Below, piece after piece: positions 49,201-58,492 of a stretch of DNA of 64,000 bases; the stretch's first letter is position 1, and each line of letters opens with the position of its first letter. The notes under the pieces are model-generated. The model did not search any database. It worked only from the letters and a program-made list of their open reading frames with translations, and had not been told where the DNA came from. Position numbers and translations under genes: made by a program. This DNA is from a virus (taxonomy: Duplodnaviria; Caudoviricetes), in IMG/VR virus record IMGVR_UViG_3300011767_000002, positions 1 to 64,000 of that record; one strand, 5' to 3'.

Positions 49201-49634
49201 TATTGCGCCGAGGACGCAACCGGGGCATCGTCATGGTCTTCTAACGCATTATTGAGGCGGTCCGAGACCTTCTTGGGCAGGACCCGGTTACCTACCAAGT
49301 TCATGGCCTTGCGGCCAAAACTCTTACTGCCACGGACTAACTCAGGCGACTCTCCGGTCACCTTATCGTATAGTGAGCGGGCATCGGTTGCGACGTTTTC
49401 AATAGTGTCAGCAGCCAGGCCATAGCCGTCTGGCAACGCCATCGATAGTGCGCGGCGCAAGGATTGAGGACTGGTCAGCTCTTGTTTGAGTCCGGTCAGA
49501 GTCCCATTTACCACTTCGTCGACGGGACTTCTCGAACTGCTGTCAACTTCGGTGTCGGCATTCCATTCTGGAATGTCAAAATCGAAGTCATCCAGATCAA
49601 GGTTGTCCAAGTCGATGTCGTCTTTATTTGCCAT
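43269..49634 (-). CDS. Tape-measure/tail lytic transglycosylase (phiKZ gp181-like)
   Basis: 2121 aa, helical; SLT domain IAGVESNY..SAASYYQVIKGTW..YLAHFLG near the C-terminus. Confidence 0.85.
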   Translation of the reverse strand: MANKDDIDLDNLDLDDFDFDIPEWNADTEVDSSSRSPVDEVVNGTLTGLKQELTSPQSLRRALSMALPDGYGLAADTIENVATDARSLYDKVTGESPELVRGSKSFGRKAMNLVGNRVLPKKVSDRLNNALEDHDDAPVASSAQYKQEQEAADLAGLAEIFKAKASVDEERATRDEVENLERKGMEQARFKSNIEALSAINRSLGRLVGYQDKVTARYQHKMLELNYRQYTTTKQLTDLMVEATSKQTQLLETIRHNTALPEAVKIRGSEMFGQLAKQRLMGNGLNSISNWSQNYIKQTMENVSGMVQGVLDPLKEGMAMTEDIGMSRHQLGGQVLGSMIGSTVRDHASMYLSPYLANNKILAKTGEKLRKTFTGLPQQVNEYAQSETQGSGFKSVMTQMFKSFLPQFSLDSRTGGDSVESLDEVDKFDKIARRSLIEIIPGYLSEIAHWSRVAVTGEKDSAKQVYNVVRGGFTAEKDQLADVGRQIMSRSERDSLRTAADDFLKTIGGDVMSSKAQRALKRKLLDELANGRDLKPDRLADPAQYPNEDVGVVDEITSLIIDSFGLDYEGKQTDTSEAGERRFNDIRDQFLRMSNMIPASGDRIRILGDVLGKDSLRKLGYIERQGREDRINFDKIWSSVLDEDGQPSEAGGPQGGPNADHSDRQRTDRVSGVDKVRGDLTRRADRADSARLSGHAQARLGGLERYLGDKSTLIALIRESRDFHAETVGLLKGLPTTCCDSSAPTPRIDYVGEKFQAAKNKVRDKYDLYRELVPQWTDEKYTEMSQSLGDLKQQAKDIWVQGEDHPRLQEWKLKAGQYRDKVTGETLKRWEDIQGDVVDLKNRTILEYKDLVGRSVIADNKGRVIKHASELADKFKGSKAGALTQTGIQTAKQHIAVLGDKVNNVRGSDSFGEAADKMGQGVAEIANSAQGKMAQFRGKFRPRMTKLMRRFINPKTGADVTADLTGEPQEDMVTLMLRSVQLQYETLKQVTPEKVRKNSFTDMFARRKELVQEGKDKLKGKFDSVQGLFAKGGVLAGLMNRLKGGDEDEGDEGGGVLDSLSDLFGDGSDGEGRSKRKNRRRAKRKGKLGRLTNAGGRLLDKMGTFGKGLKLGGKAVGGAAKLGWGATKLLGKGLGLGFKGAKFALTNPLTRMVAGTAGRLALGALMGAAGLVSAPVLAGVAIAGTALAAGAYIYSATRDKLAPLTRVRMAQYGVHPKPDSTEVKMLMELEKLFAQHTSVDAEGKASVNVQSVPFESVAAILKLNVEDPDGSPEVERAIRYIKGRFSAVYLLHVSNYYVLTKSLDLSQVDGKLKGKVALDFLTKVSMKDRSDALNAMVGPFEDEDLDLDAGDVEDHVDDARKALTAEVLRGDPSGKKAQETSTAGAVVTAGAVAGTAAATKVNSKAPAPAEPGQPAKALNIGHKQTASSTTANAANLKGVVTTTATVGSATVVSVVHNSALATNMDDSQSVRYRTYGLTEITEIKMYMLATLENNLWSMVNYDKDKQASLKDLDKAYEIAEALFLPPHSEEAKGVYIWFHRRFVPTFLAYCSAVRVRANIDAKDAAKRLKTFQLVEVLRETVLARDNAGISVWDIEESPWKWYVLNADAASTDAALDTLYQKVTDKELIEPEAIHKGQIRDKDGNLVVEDPSQTNRPATAGQSGPNSGAPQANANAGESESGVFGKMWSGVKGFFGGDKEKAPQQGGMNSQGQSVSPGSAVGPTELATGTPVSHPGGGSGGNINDIPEPKGDGWEANKETLMAAANMVGIDPSLAASIAGVESNYRPNALPYKNPRNPSAGVLSSAASYYQVIKGTWKDLMGRHAAKYGINPDTTQHDPRANALLGLEYLKENIKTIKGAVKRNVTDTDVYLAHFLGPGGAKRFLSAPPTDPAINHVGAAQAKSNPAIFRDRSGRPRSVAAVYNDFDEKIKKHRKGDAPQVAQTLKTGEATQLAGNEDAPQDTGSATPAETALAVSADATMPSMVKPAVAGTAPANSVVEAPAANDTVALSDKADARQTQTSPAGLMLAARTADAQSSNQAKASTNTYGGLEGNLERLVGVNESQLQQLITLVELVKGGGLGGSVPNGPAAELVAQGTRTTQSPTINTPKAAARGTVSVGRV

Positions 49635-49718
49635 CGAAAATTCTCCACATTGGCTTATAATACTAAGCCTCCTTCATACCAACTGTCGAAAAGACTCAAA
49701 AACTTACAGGTACGTACG

Positions 49719-51368
49719 ATGAATTACGCTGAAGTACCCGCGAAAGTCTGGCCCATGGTCTTGACTAAGGAACGGGTCAGTCGGATGACGCCGGTGACCA
49801 GTCTGGATATCTACGACGGCGCCAGCAGTGAGTTTCATGACGAGGGGCTTTACTCGACAAAGATCTTCGGGCGCATGGGGTCTGAGGAACGTGACCGTAA
49901 CTTTTCTTACCTCGATCTGAAAGTCCGGATCTTCCACCCGAAGATCTTCCGGGATCTGATGAGCCTCAAGGCCATCTACCGCGGCATTGTCACCGGGCGG
50001 GAGACCGCCATCTTTGACCCGGTGACCAAGGACTTCGTGGCGGACAAGTCAGAACATGCCGAGACCGGCTACAGCTTCTTTGTCCGACACTTCCATGAAC
50101 TGGAACTCAGGAAAAGCAAATCCCCGACCCGCATGATCCGGGTGGAGTTTATCAACCAGTGGCGTAACGAGGCCTTGACCCGATACATCCCCATTCTGCC
50201 CGCCGGACTGCGCGACATCGAGATCAGTGACACCGGTGCGGTGAGTAAGAACGAGATCCATGACCTGTATTACCGGGCCTTGTCCATCAGCAACACCATT
50301 CCCGTGACCAGTAACATGGAATCACCGGCATTGGACATTGCCCGCAACGCACTGACCAATTGCATGATGGAGATTTACGAACTGATCGAGGGGATGTTGT
50401 CTGGGAAGAACGGGTTTATTCTGGACAAGTGGGCCAGTCGACGGGTGGTCTATGGAACCCGTAACGTCTTGACCGTGATGGACACCTCCATCGCCAACCT
50501 GAGCGACACCAACGCCCCAGGCTTTGATGCCACCAGCTTAGGGTTGTTTCAGGTGATCAAAGGCCTGACCCCGGTGACGGTACACCACTTACGTCGGACG
50601 TTCGGGCACCTGATTCAATCGGGTGAAGGCCAAGCTCAACTGATCGATAAGAAGACGCTCAAACCGGTGTGGGTCTCATTATCCCCGGAGACGCGGGACA
50701 CCTGGACCACCCGTGATGGGTTGGTTAAAGTCATTGACCGTTACCAGATGGTGGAGATGCGGCACCGTGCCGTGGAAATCGAAGACCATTACCTGGCCCT
50801 GATCTATAAAGGAGCGGATAAGACGTTTCGTATCTTCTACGACATCGATGAACTGCCTGCTAACCTGGACCGGGCACACGTACACCCGATCAACCTAGTG
50901 GAAGTCTTGTACCTGTGCGGCTACGCGCATTGGAACAAGTACTTCGCACAGATCTGCCGCTACCCGATCTCAGGCAACCGCTCGATCTATGCCAGCCGTG
51001 TCTATGTCAAGACCACCGTGGTCGGTGAACGCCGAGTGGAGCTGGATGACCAGTGGCAGCCGTTAGAAGGCGATGAGTTCGTAGCGCTTGAGTTTCCGAT
51101 GACCGGGTCTACGTCTTATATGGACACGCAATCTCCGCACTCAACCAAGCTTGTAGGATTGGCGGCGGACTTTGACGGCGACACCGGCAGTGCTACATTG
51201 GTCATGTCCAATGAAGCCCTGGCTGAGAATGACCGGATTTTACGGTCTCGGCAATATTGGGTCGACACCGACGGCAGCCTGATGAGCTCCTACGACTACG
51301 ACACCATCAAGTACGTCACCACCAACCTGACAGGACGATTCAACCATGGCCGTAATGTTTCTCTATGA
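49719..51368 (+). CDS. rpoC: Virion RNA polymerase beta-prime, N-terminal/catalytic subunit (phiKZ gp180-like)
   Basis: GLYSTKIFG, RYIPILPAGLRD, catalytic ADFDGD; start taken at MNYAEV. Confidence 0.9.
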   Translation: MNYAEVPAKVWPMVLTKERVSRMTPVTSLDIYDGASSEFHDEGLYSTKIFGRMGSEERDRNFSYLDLKVRIFHPKIFRDLMSLKAIYRGIVTGRETAIFDPVTKDFVADKSEHAETGYSFFVRHFHELELRKSKSPTRMIRVEFINQWRNEALTRYIPILPAGLRDIEISDTGAVSKNEIHDLYYRALSISNTIPVTSNMESPALDIARNALTNCMMEIYELIEGMLSGKNGFILDKWASRRVVYGTRNVLTVMDTSIANLSDTNAPGFDATSLGLFQVIKGLTPVTVHHLRRTFGHLIQSGEGQAQLIDKKTLKPVWVSLSPETRDTWTTRDGLVKVIDRYQMVEMRHRAVEIEDHYLALIYKGADKTFRIFYDIDELPANLDRAHVHPINLVEVLYLCGYAHWNKYFAQICRYPISGNRSIYASRVYVKTTVVGERRVELDDQWQPLEGDEFVALEFPMTGSTSYMDTQSPHSTKLVGLAADFDGDTGSATLVMSNEALAENDRILRSRQYWVDTDGSLMSSYDYDTIKYVTTNLTGRFNHGRNVSL

Positions 51369-54300
51369 CCGCTATGTCAAGCTGTTTGGCATCCGTCGCT
51401 TGGGCGGGCTGGAAAACCCCAAGGTCCGACCGATTGCCCGCCTAGCGTTTCCACGCGGCACCACGTTCCACCACATGCCCATGTCTGAAACCGAACTGGG
51501 GCCGGCCAACGACCACATGGCGATCCAAGCGGCTCAACGCTTGGTCTACATCGACCACGTACCAGACCTGCTAGCAAAGGAAGGCAATCCCCGCCCTACC
51601 TATAAACTCCTCGCGCCAATGCAAACGCAGTACCGCCGGGAACACATGATGCTGCGCCCGATGCGCGACTACGAAGGGGCGACCAAAGAACTGCTTAACA
51701 CCGTGGTGGTCAACTACGCCATGGTCGGGCAAATGTACAAATACATGCGGTCTGCACTGAGTCGGTGGTGGGCGTGGAAGAACATGCGCTCTACCATGTG
51801 GGAACGGATCAACCAACTCAAGACCCCGCACGAACGCCATCACATTGTCGTGTTTGATGTCCCAAGCTCCCTGCCCTCGTTGTCGGATCTGCGCAAGGCA
51901 GAACGGGGCATCAGCCCCGTCTTGATGAACAAGGTCTTCAACACACGTGAGCGGTTGGACCTGCTGGATATCTGGACCTGGCTCGGCGAGCACCGGGCGC
52001 TGGCGCCCATGGCGCGGCTGGATATAACCCGGCTGCACGAAGTGGACCTATTGATTCGCAAGGACACTGGTTGGCTCACGTTGAACCTAGGCACCCTCAA
52101 CAGCTGGCGTCGCGAAGATGCTGTGGTCTCCTTGGAAAGCCTCCAGGAAGAACACCCTGAAGAGTCGTTCGATTTCGAGGCCACCTACGACCGCTATGTG
52201 TCACTGGAAATGGCGGGGGATGACACGCTCGATGCTGACCTGATTCATCCGTCCATGGAAGCCGCAACGGGACTCGATCCTAAGATCATTCAGATCCGTT
52301 TCCTGAAGATGCTGACCAAGGTCATTAACCAGACCAACCCACTGGTCACAGTGCCTGACGAACCAGAGGAAGTGGCGGCCGATGACGAACTGCGCGAGCA
52401 GGAAGAAGCCCGCGATGATGCCGACACCGCACAGCAATTAAGAGAAGAGGCCGGCACCGCGGCTGAATTCATCGAAGCCGAGGAAGAAGAACTGGCAGCG
52501 GAACTGGACGCCCCAAGTACCGGCGGGAACGATGCGATCATGACGGATGAGGACGGTGAGTTGATCATCGAGGCCGATCCCGATACCCGCGAAGAGGCAC
52601 CCCTGGCCATCAGTTCTTCTGCCGTCTCCCATACCCTGACCAGCGCAATTCAGTCAAAGCTCGACGAGCTGGTGGACAAGGACCTGTACACTGCGGCGCA
52701 ATACCGGCGGATGCAGCGCTTGGCTGAGTCCTACAAGTCCATGCCCGACCCATGGGACAAGGGTCAGACGGTGGAAGAAGCCATGGTCATCACAGATGAG
52801 GACTTGGTGCTCGGAGATGCCGAGAACTACCCGAAGTCTGATGCAGTGCGCGATGAAACGATGTTGCAGTCCACGGTTGAAAAGATGGACAGCCAGTACA
52901 TCGAAAAGGTCATGAAGAAAGACATCCTCAATGCGGTGATGTCGGTTCAGAAGGCTGGGATCGCGGTCACGGGTTACACGGTTGAGACGGTTGAAGATGC
53001 CGTGAGCCACTACGAGATCCACAAGGTCCAACTGACTCCGGTAACCGGCAAGCCTTCCACGATCAGCTTCCGGGTCCCGGTGGTGGATAAACGAGGCGTC
53101 TATGTCAGCAACGGGCAACGCTATCGCTTACGAACTCAAAAGGCCGATATTCCGATTCGGAAGGTCAATGAGTCGCGGGTGGCGCTGACGTCTTATTACA
53201 GTAAACTGTTTGTCGAGCGTTCGCAGCGGGCAGTGTTCAACTACGATAACTGGATTGGCAAACAGATCATTGCCAAGGGCCTGGACCAAGCTGACACCAG
53301 CATCACCAATGTAAAGGTGGCCAACGTCGCTGACTATGCACTCGACCTCCCCACGATCTACACCGTGATCGGGACACGGGTGATGAGCTTTGAAGCGAAC
53401 GGTCATTATTGGTTCGACTATAAGAACCGCTTGCGTTCAAGGCTGTTCGAACAAACGGCGCTGACACACTTGGAGACCGCGCACAAAGGCATGGTGGTCT
53501 GCGGACGCCGCGACCAGCGCTACATCATGGTCGACCGCAGCAACATGTTTTATTTGGCCAGTCTGGACAATGACCACGTCAGTGAACTGGGACACATCGA
53601 AGACATCCTCGGGTTGCCGCGGGACAAAGCACCGGTGAACATGGCGGAGATCAGCATCTTCGGTAAAACCATGCCGGTGGGCATTGCCTTGGCGTACCTG
53701 ATTGGGTTTGACCGGCTGCTGGAGATGAGCAAAGCCCAGTACCGGGCGGTGCCATTGGGCACGCGGTTGCAGATGGCCGATGACGAGTATGCGATCAAGT
53801 TCCTCGATGAGACACTGGTCCTGGATAAGAGTGACGCGCAAAACAGTCTGGTGTTTGCAGGGTTCTTGCACTACCACAAGCAAGTGCGGAGCTTCAGTCG
53901 ACACAGCTTCAATAACAAGGACGTGTACTTCAACCTGCTAGAAGCCAACAACATCGGCTTGCGCTACCTGCGTGAGCTGGACCTGATGAGCGCCATGTGG
54001 GTCGATCCGATCACCAAGGGCGTGTTGGAGTGGATGAAGGAGCCGACCGAGTTTATCCCATTGCTGCTCAGGGCATGTGAACTGCTGATCACCCGGTATG
54101 TGCCGGATAAGGTCGAGAACGCAGAAGGGCTGGTAGAGTGCATGGAGCGTGCCAAGGGCTATGAACGGATTCCAGGGGCGGTGTATGGCGAACTGGTCCG
54201 GTCCATTCGGGTGTACAATTCGCGCAATGCCAGTAACGGCTCACAGGTGACGATGAAACCACACGAGATCTGGACCAACATCGTCCAGGACCCGGCGTCG

Positions 54301-54620
54301 GCCATCGTGGATGACATCAACCCCATTCAAAACCTCAAGCAGAAAGAGATCATCACTTACGGCGGCCGAGGCGGGCGCAGTAGTCGGTCGATGACAGCCG
54401 AGGCGCGACTGTATAAGGAAAGTGACATCGGGTTCATTTCCGAGAGCACGGTGGACTCTGGTGACGTGGCGGTGATTACCTACATGACACCGAATGCCAA
54501 TATCACCAGTGTACGCGGTACCGTGCGCGCGTTCAACAAGGACACTGACGGTTCGGCCAACTTGGTCTCGACCTCAGCGCTGGTCTCGCCTTTCGCTGAT
54601 CGAGATGACCCCAAACGGGT
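51346..54620 (+). CDS. rpoB: Virion RNA polymerase beta (phiKZ gp178-like), exon 1
   Basis: TYGGRGGRS, ESTVDSG, SPFADRDDPKRV correspond to beta HDDANRA; the frame then runs into the intron. Confidence 0.85.
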
Positions 54621-54969
54621 GTGTAAAATCGCCCTTACTTCTTTAATTGCTGGAACCCCCTAAAGCTGTCTCACCACTGCGCGGCGAAAGCCAAAGCCAC
54701 GGTTTGAAAACGAGACAGATACTGCAATGGGCAATCAGCAGCGAAGACCCTACCGACTGTCGGGAGACAGGCCAGGGGTAACGTTCATCGACTATCCCGC
54801 AAGGGAGTACTCAGGCAGCGCCTGGGGAAACAGGAAGCACAGGTTTGACTCCAAGGCCTGTGAAGATATAGTCAGCTCCTTAGGGAAAGCCTAAGGCGGG
54901 TGTCTGCGCACACCGGGTTTCGAATAGGACGTCAGACGTGACAAACAGCGTTCGAAACTGGACAACAGG
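54621..54969 (+). mobile_element. Group I intron (IA2-like), no homing endonuclease
   Basis: P aattgctggaac 54645, Q aatcagcag 54733, R gttcatcgacta 54783, S aagatatagtc 54863; P7 GACUA/UAGUC; U.G pair at the 5' splice site; terminal G; removal restores DDPKRVNFIGIQ. Confidence 0.9.
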
Positions 54970-56089
54970 GAACTTCATTGGGATTCAGCAGTCCCACGTG
55001 ATTTCGGCAGAAGGCTACCGGGAATCGCCAATCTCCACCGGGTACGATCACATCCTGGCCCACCGGGTCGATGAGATCTTTGCGGTCCCAGCCGAACAGG
55101 CCGGAGAGGTGGTGGAACGGTCCGATGAACACATGGTGGTGGCCTACGAAGACGGGACCTTTGCGCACATTGACTTGGCGACCCAGTACGGGGTCTCGGC
55201 AGGTTCGGTGTACCCGCAAAAGCAAGCCAGTACCTTCCAGCTGGGCGACAAAGTGCAAAAGGGCGACATCCTCAAGTACAACTCGGGCTTCTTCAAGCCT
55301 AGTAAATTCCATCGCCATCAAGTGCAATGGATGGCTGGAGTGATTGCGCGGACCGCACTGATGGAAGCGTCCTACACCCTGGAAGACTCCTCGGCTATGG
55401 ACGATTGGCTGGCCCAGCAACTGGGGTCACAGGTAACCAAAATCAAGACCATCGTGGTACGGTTTGACCAGACAGTCAGGAACTTGGTTAAGGAAGGGGA
55501 CAACACCGACATCACGAGTATCTTATGCACGATTGAAGATGCTGTAACAGCGGATTCGGGACTCTTCTCTGATGACGACCTTGAGACCCTTCGGATGATG
55601 TCGTCCGCGACCCCTACTGCAGGGGCTGTAGGCGAGGTGTCGAAGATTGAGGTTTTCTACCACGGTGACACGGACGACATGTCCGATTCGCTGTTGGAGT
55701 TGGTCACTGCCCAAGACAAACGTCGCCGTAAGGTGGCCAAGCGTCTAGGCAAACCAGTGGTCACAGGTCAAGTGGATCAGTCCTTGCGCATTGACGGGAA
55801 TGGTCTGGAACTCGATCACGTCGCCATTAAAGTCTACATCACTCACCGTGAAGGCATGGGCGTGGGCGATAAGGCAGTGTTCTGTAACCAAATGAAAACG
55901 GTCGTGGGTCACCGCTTGAGCGGGATCAATGAAACGTTCAGTGGGCGACAGATCAATGCCATCTTCGGCGCGAAATCGGTCATGGACCGGATTGTATTGT
56001 CCGCCCTATTGATCGGGATGTCGATTTCGGTGCAGACCGCGATCGGTGAGAAAGCTGCAGCGATGTGGCTGGGTAATGACACCAAGTAG
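54970..56089 (+). CDS. rpoB: Virion RNA polymerase beta (phiKZ gp178-like), exon 2
   Basis: NFIGIQQSHV, EDS, GDK..NQMKTV and GAKS motifs of the beta C-terminal half. Confidence 0.85.
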
Positions 56090-56161
56090 TTGACATCCGG
56101 GGGCTGAGAGGCTCCCGGATCTCCTTTTACAGCGCCTCGAATTATTTACAGGAACTTGCTC

Positions 56162-56356
56162 ATGAGCAACGCTACTACTTTCAACAACCTTGCGGTGCTT
56201 GCAAACGCCGTAGACCTGGCGGTGGAGATCATCTCCAACGTATCAGGCAGTCTCGTCTCCAACCATCTGGATGGCGTGGCACTGAATGACCGGACCATTG
56301 CAGCCATTGCCGCGGCCGATATCAACAACGTCATCGAGGGTCGTGAACATGCTTAA
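56162..56356 (+). CDS. Small conserved hypothetical protein
   Basis: agga RBS; stop overlaps the next start. Confidence 0.55.
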   Translation: MSNATTFNNLAVLANAVDLAVEIISNVSGSLVSNHLDGVALNDRTIAAIAAADINNVIEGREHA

Positions 56357-57701
56357 CCGTACCTCGATTGAAGCCGCCCTGCCGATTGCCCAGCGGCTGG
56401 AAGAACGTGGCCTTCAGGTCCTTCCCAGTGACAACTCTCCGCTGATGAGCCTGACGGTCTCGGTGGACAACACCTTGATCGACCATGCGTTTGGTGAGAA
56501 CGCCGACGTGGTCAGTGTGCTGCAAAACCGGGCTGGCGGCGATGCTCACCGTTTGGCGAAAGCAGACATCATCAACCTGGCCTCACGTTCAGTGTGCCGC
56601 GTCCATGAAGTGACGCGTGACACCGTTCTGCCCCATATCAAAGAACTGGCGGCAGCGGCCCAAGAGTACGTCAATCAGCGCCGGGTCGAAGCGTCGCTTC
56701 CGTACTCCGTGGTGATGAAGGAAATCCCGGCGATCTACACCAACGCGGCACTCAAGCAGTTGGCAGACCGGTATCCGGTGCCGTCCCAACTCGACTACGC
56801 CGTCAGGCAACTGGCCAACGTCACGTTGGAGCGGGTCAAGGAACTGTGCAAGACCGGGATGACCGGAGTAGACGCTGAGCTGAACCTGACCCTGAGCCTG
56901 AACAACGATGAAGGCTATGCCGCCATCATGAAGGTGTTGGCCGGGTCGGTGGGGGTGAACCAAATCCACGTCGATTACTTGCCAGGGCTGTTGGTTACTG
57001 CGCAGGCGATTTACGGTGAGCCTGAGCCAGGCGTCAACCTGACACTGGTCGAATACAACGACCAGTTGAACCGCCTGCTGGGTAAGACGGCGGCACTGGT
57101 GCGGGGTCAGATCCTGCGCTACGCTGAGATGGAAAAGCTGGGTACCCTCTATTCCATTGATGGCCGTGATTCGCTGACCACCATCGTGGTCATGGGCAAG
57201 GTGTACCGGCGGCTGCTGGAACAAGGCCTGACGCCTGAAGCCTTGATTGGTAACGAAATGACCAGTCGGCGTTTCAGTCACGGTCAGTTGATTGAGAACA
57301 AGGCGGCGCTGGAACAGGTCTACAACCGCGAAATGAACCTGCGCAGCATCAAGGTCCAAGCGGAGATGATGGGCATTGTGCGCACGGCGTTGCGCAACGT
57401 GGTGGGGCAGTCCATCATTGCCAAAGACCTGGGCGAAGCTGCAGCCGATGCCAGTCGCAAGTTGGCTGAGCTGTGCGCCAAGGTCAATGAACGGAACTGT
57501 GAAGACCTCAATACACTGGTCACCGAGATCGTCTGTGAAGTGTTCTATCCGAAGACCGATGCCCTGACCTTCATTCGACTGATGAACCGGGTTGGCGCAA
57601 CGGTGTCGGATGACACCGATCCTCGTGAAGTGGCGCTGCTGGCCACCATCAAGTACGTCAACCATTGGCTGTGCCGTCAGATGGGTCTGGTACAGGCCTA
57701 A
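56349..57701 (+). CDS. Head/virion protein (phiKZ gp177-like)
   Basis: Start MLNRTSIEAA; synteny between RNAP beta and the protease. Confidence 0.7.
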   Translation: MLNRTSIEAALPIAQRLEERGLQVLPSDNSPLMSLTVSVDNTLIDHAFGENADVVSVLQNRAGGDAHRLAKADIINLASRSVCRVHEVTRDTVLPHIKELAAAAQEYVNQRRVEASLPYSVVMKEIPAIYTNAALKQLADRYPVPSQLDYAVRQLANVTLERVKELCKTGMTGVDAELNLTLSLNNDEGYAAIMKVLAGSVGVNQIHVDYLPGLLVTAQAIYGEPEPGVNLTLVEYNDQLNRLLGKTAALVRGQILRYAEMEKLGTLYSIDGRDSLTTIVVMGKVYRRLLEQGLTPEALIGNEMTSRRFSHGQLIENKAALEQVYNREMNLRSIKVQAEMMGIVRTALRNVVGQSIIAKDLGEAAADASRKLAELCAKVNERNCEDLNTLVTEIVCEVFYPKTDALTFIRLMNRVGATVSDDTDPREVALLATIKYVNHWLCRQMGLVQA

Positions 57702-57750
57702 TCGTCTTTAGCCGGAGGGGTGTCCCTCCGGCTTTCATCAGGATGTTGCA

Positions 57751-58482
57751 ATGAGCATCAAATCGAGCAAGTTTATCCGTGACGCCGCTCGCGTTCACAA
57801 AGCCCTTGAGAAAACCAGCGAAGGTTCGTTTGTGGCGTTGAAGCCCGTTAAGGTCTACATTCCCTCTCGGTTTCCTCAACGCGACTTGGCTACCTTTGAA
57901 GACGAGATCACCTTTGTAGGGATCTGCGCTATTGTTCTGGACGATCAGTATTACATGGCGTCCAAGATATGTGCACCGATTCGAAGCGAACCTACCCTGG
58001 TCAACAGTGCTGTGATCGACGAGGTCGAGTACATCGAAATGCATTACGAGCCCGGTGATCGGGTCATCTGTAGTGACGACCTTGTGATGATCGACAACCT
58101 GCTGTATCGGATCTACGACGAAATCATTGCTAAAGGCCGGGTACCTTGGTACCTATCTTACACCGAACTGGGCGGGATCTTTCAGACCTCCCTTAAACAC
58201 GCCGGCGTGCGGGTGGGTAAAGCCCCGACGGTCATGGAAATCATTGCGGCAGCCATCTGCCGTGACAGCGATGACCTGCGCCGGTATTATCGGCAAGTAG
58301 TCGAAACCTACGAAGACATCACTCAGTCACCCCCGACGTATATTCCGTTACGGAACGTCAGTTACGGGGCCACCAATACCATCGCCAAAATAACTGGCTC
58401 ACGCTTTGACGAAGGGATGACCAGCGCCATTGTCAACCCCGGTGAACGCGTTGAGCGGACTGAGAAGATTCTTCGCACGTAA
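57751..58482 (+). CDS. rpoC: Virion RNA polymerase beta-prime C-terminal fragment (phiKZ gp176 / SPN3US gp244-like)
   Basis: HAGVRVGK..VMEIIAAAIC and PLRNVSYGATNTIAKITGSRFDEGMTSA align by eye to beta-prime QGVKINDKHIEVIVRQM and GITKASLATESFISAASF. Confidence 0.7.
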   Translation: MSIKSSKFIRDAARVHKALEKTSEGSFVALKPVKVYIPSRFPQRDLATFEDEITFVGICAIVLDDQYYMASKICAPIRSEPTLVNSAVIDEVEYIEMHYEPGDRVICSDDLVMIDNLLYRIYDEIIAKGRVPWYLSYTELGGIFQTSLKHAGVRVGKAPTVMEIIAAAICRDSDDLRRYYRQVVETYEDITQSPPTYIPLRNVSYGATNTIAKITGSRFDEGMTSAIVNPGERVERTEKILRT

Positions 58483-58492
58483 AGGTGTAGTT

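Noticed and set aside
47544-49244. 566-aa ORF antisense to the tape measure (similarly 56589-57665, 28867-29748, 6058-6948, 44625-45494)
   Set aside because: Shadow frames produced by GC3-biased codon usage on the coding strand; no motifs, no RBS, fully overlapping well-supported genes
54621-54969. Intron-encoded homing endonuclease
   Set aside because: Only 349 nt, almost all accounted for by ribozyme helices; no ORF in the six-frame track lies within it
54601-54970. Programmed frameshift, sequencing error or two separate genes as the explanation of the split RNAP beta
   Set aside because: The intervening sequence carries all group I core elements, and its removal precisely restores a conserved motif
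49719-56089. Inteins in the RNAP subunits
   Set aside because: No C/S-start, HN-end or LAGLIDADG blocks seen; lengths fit without insertions other than the intron
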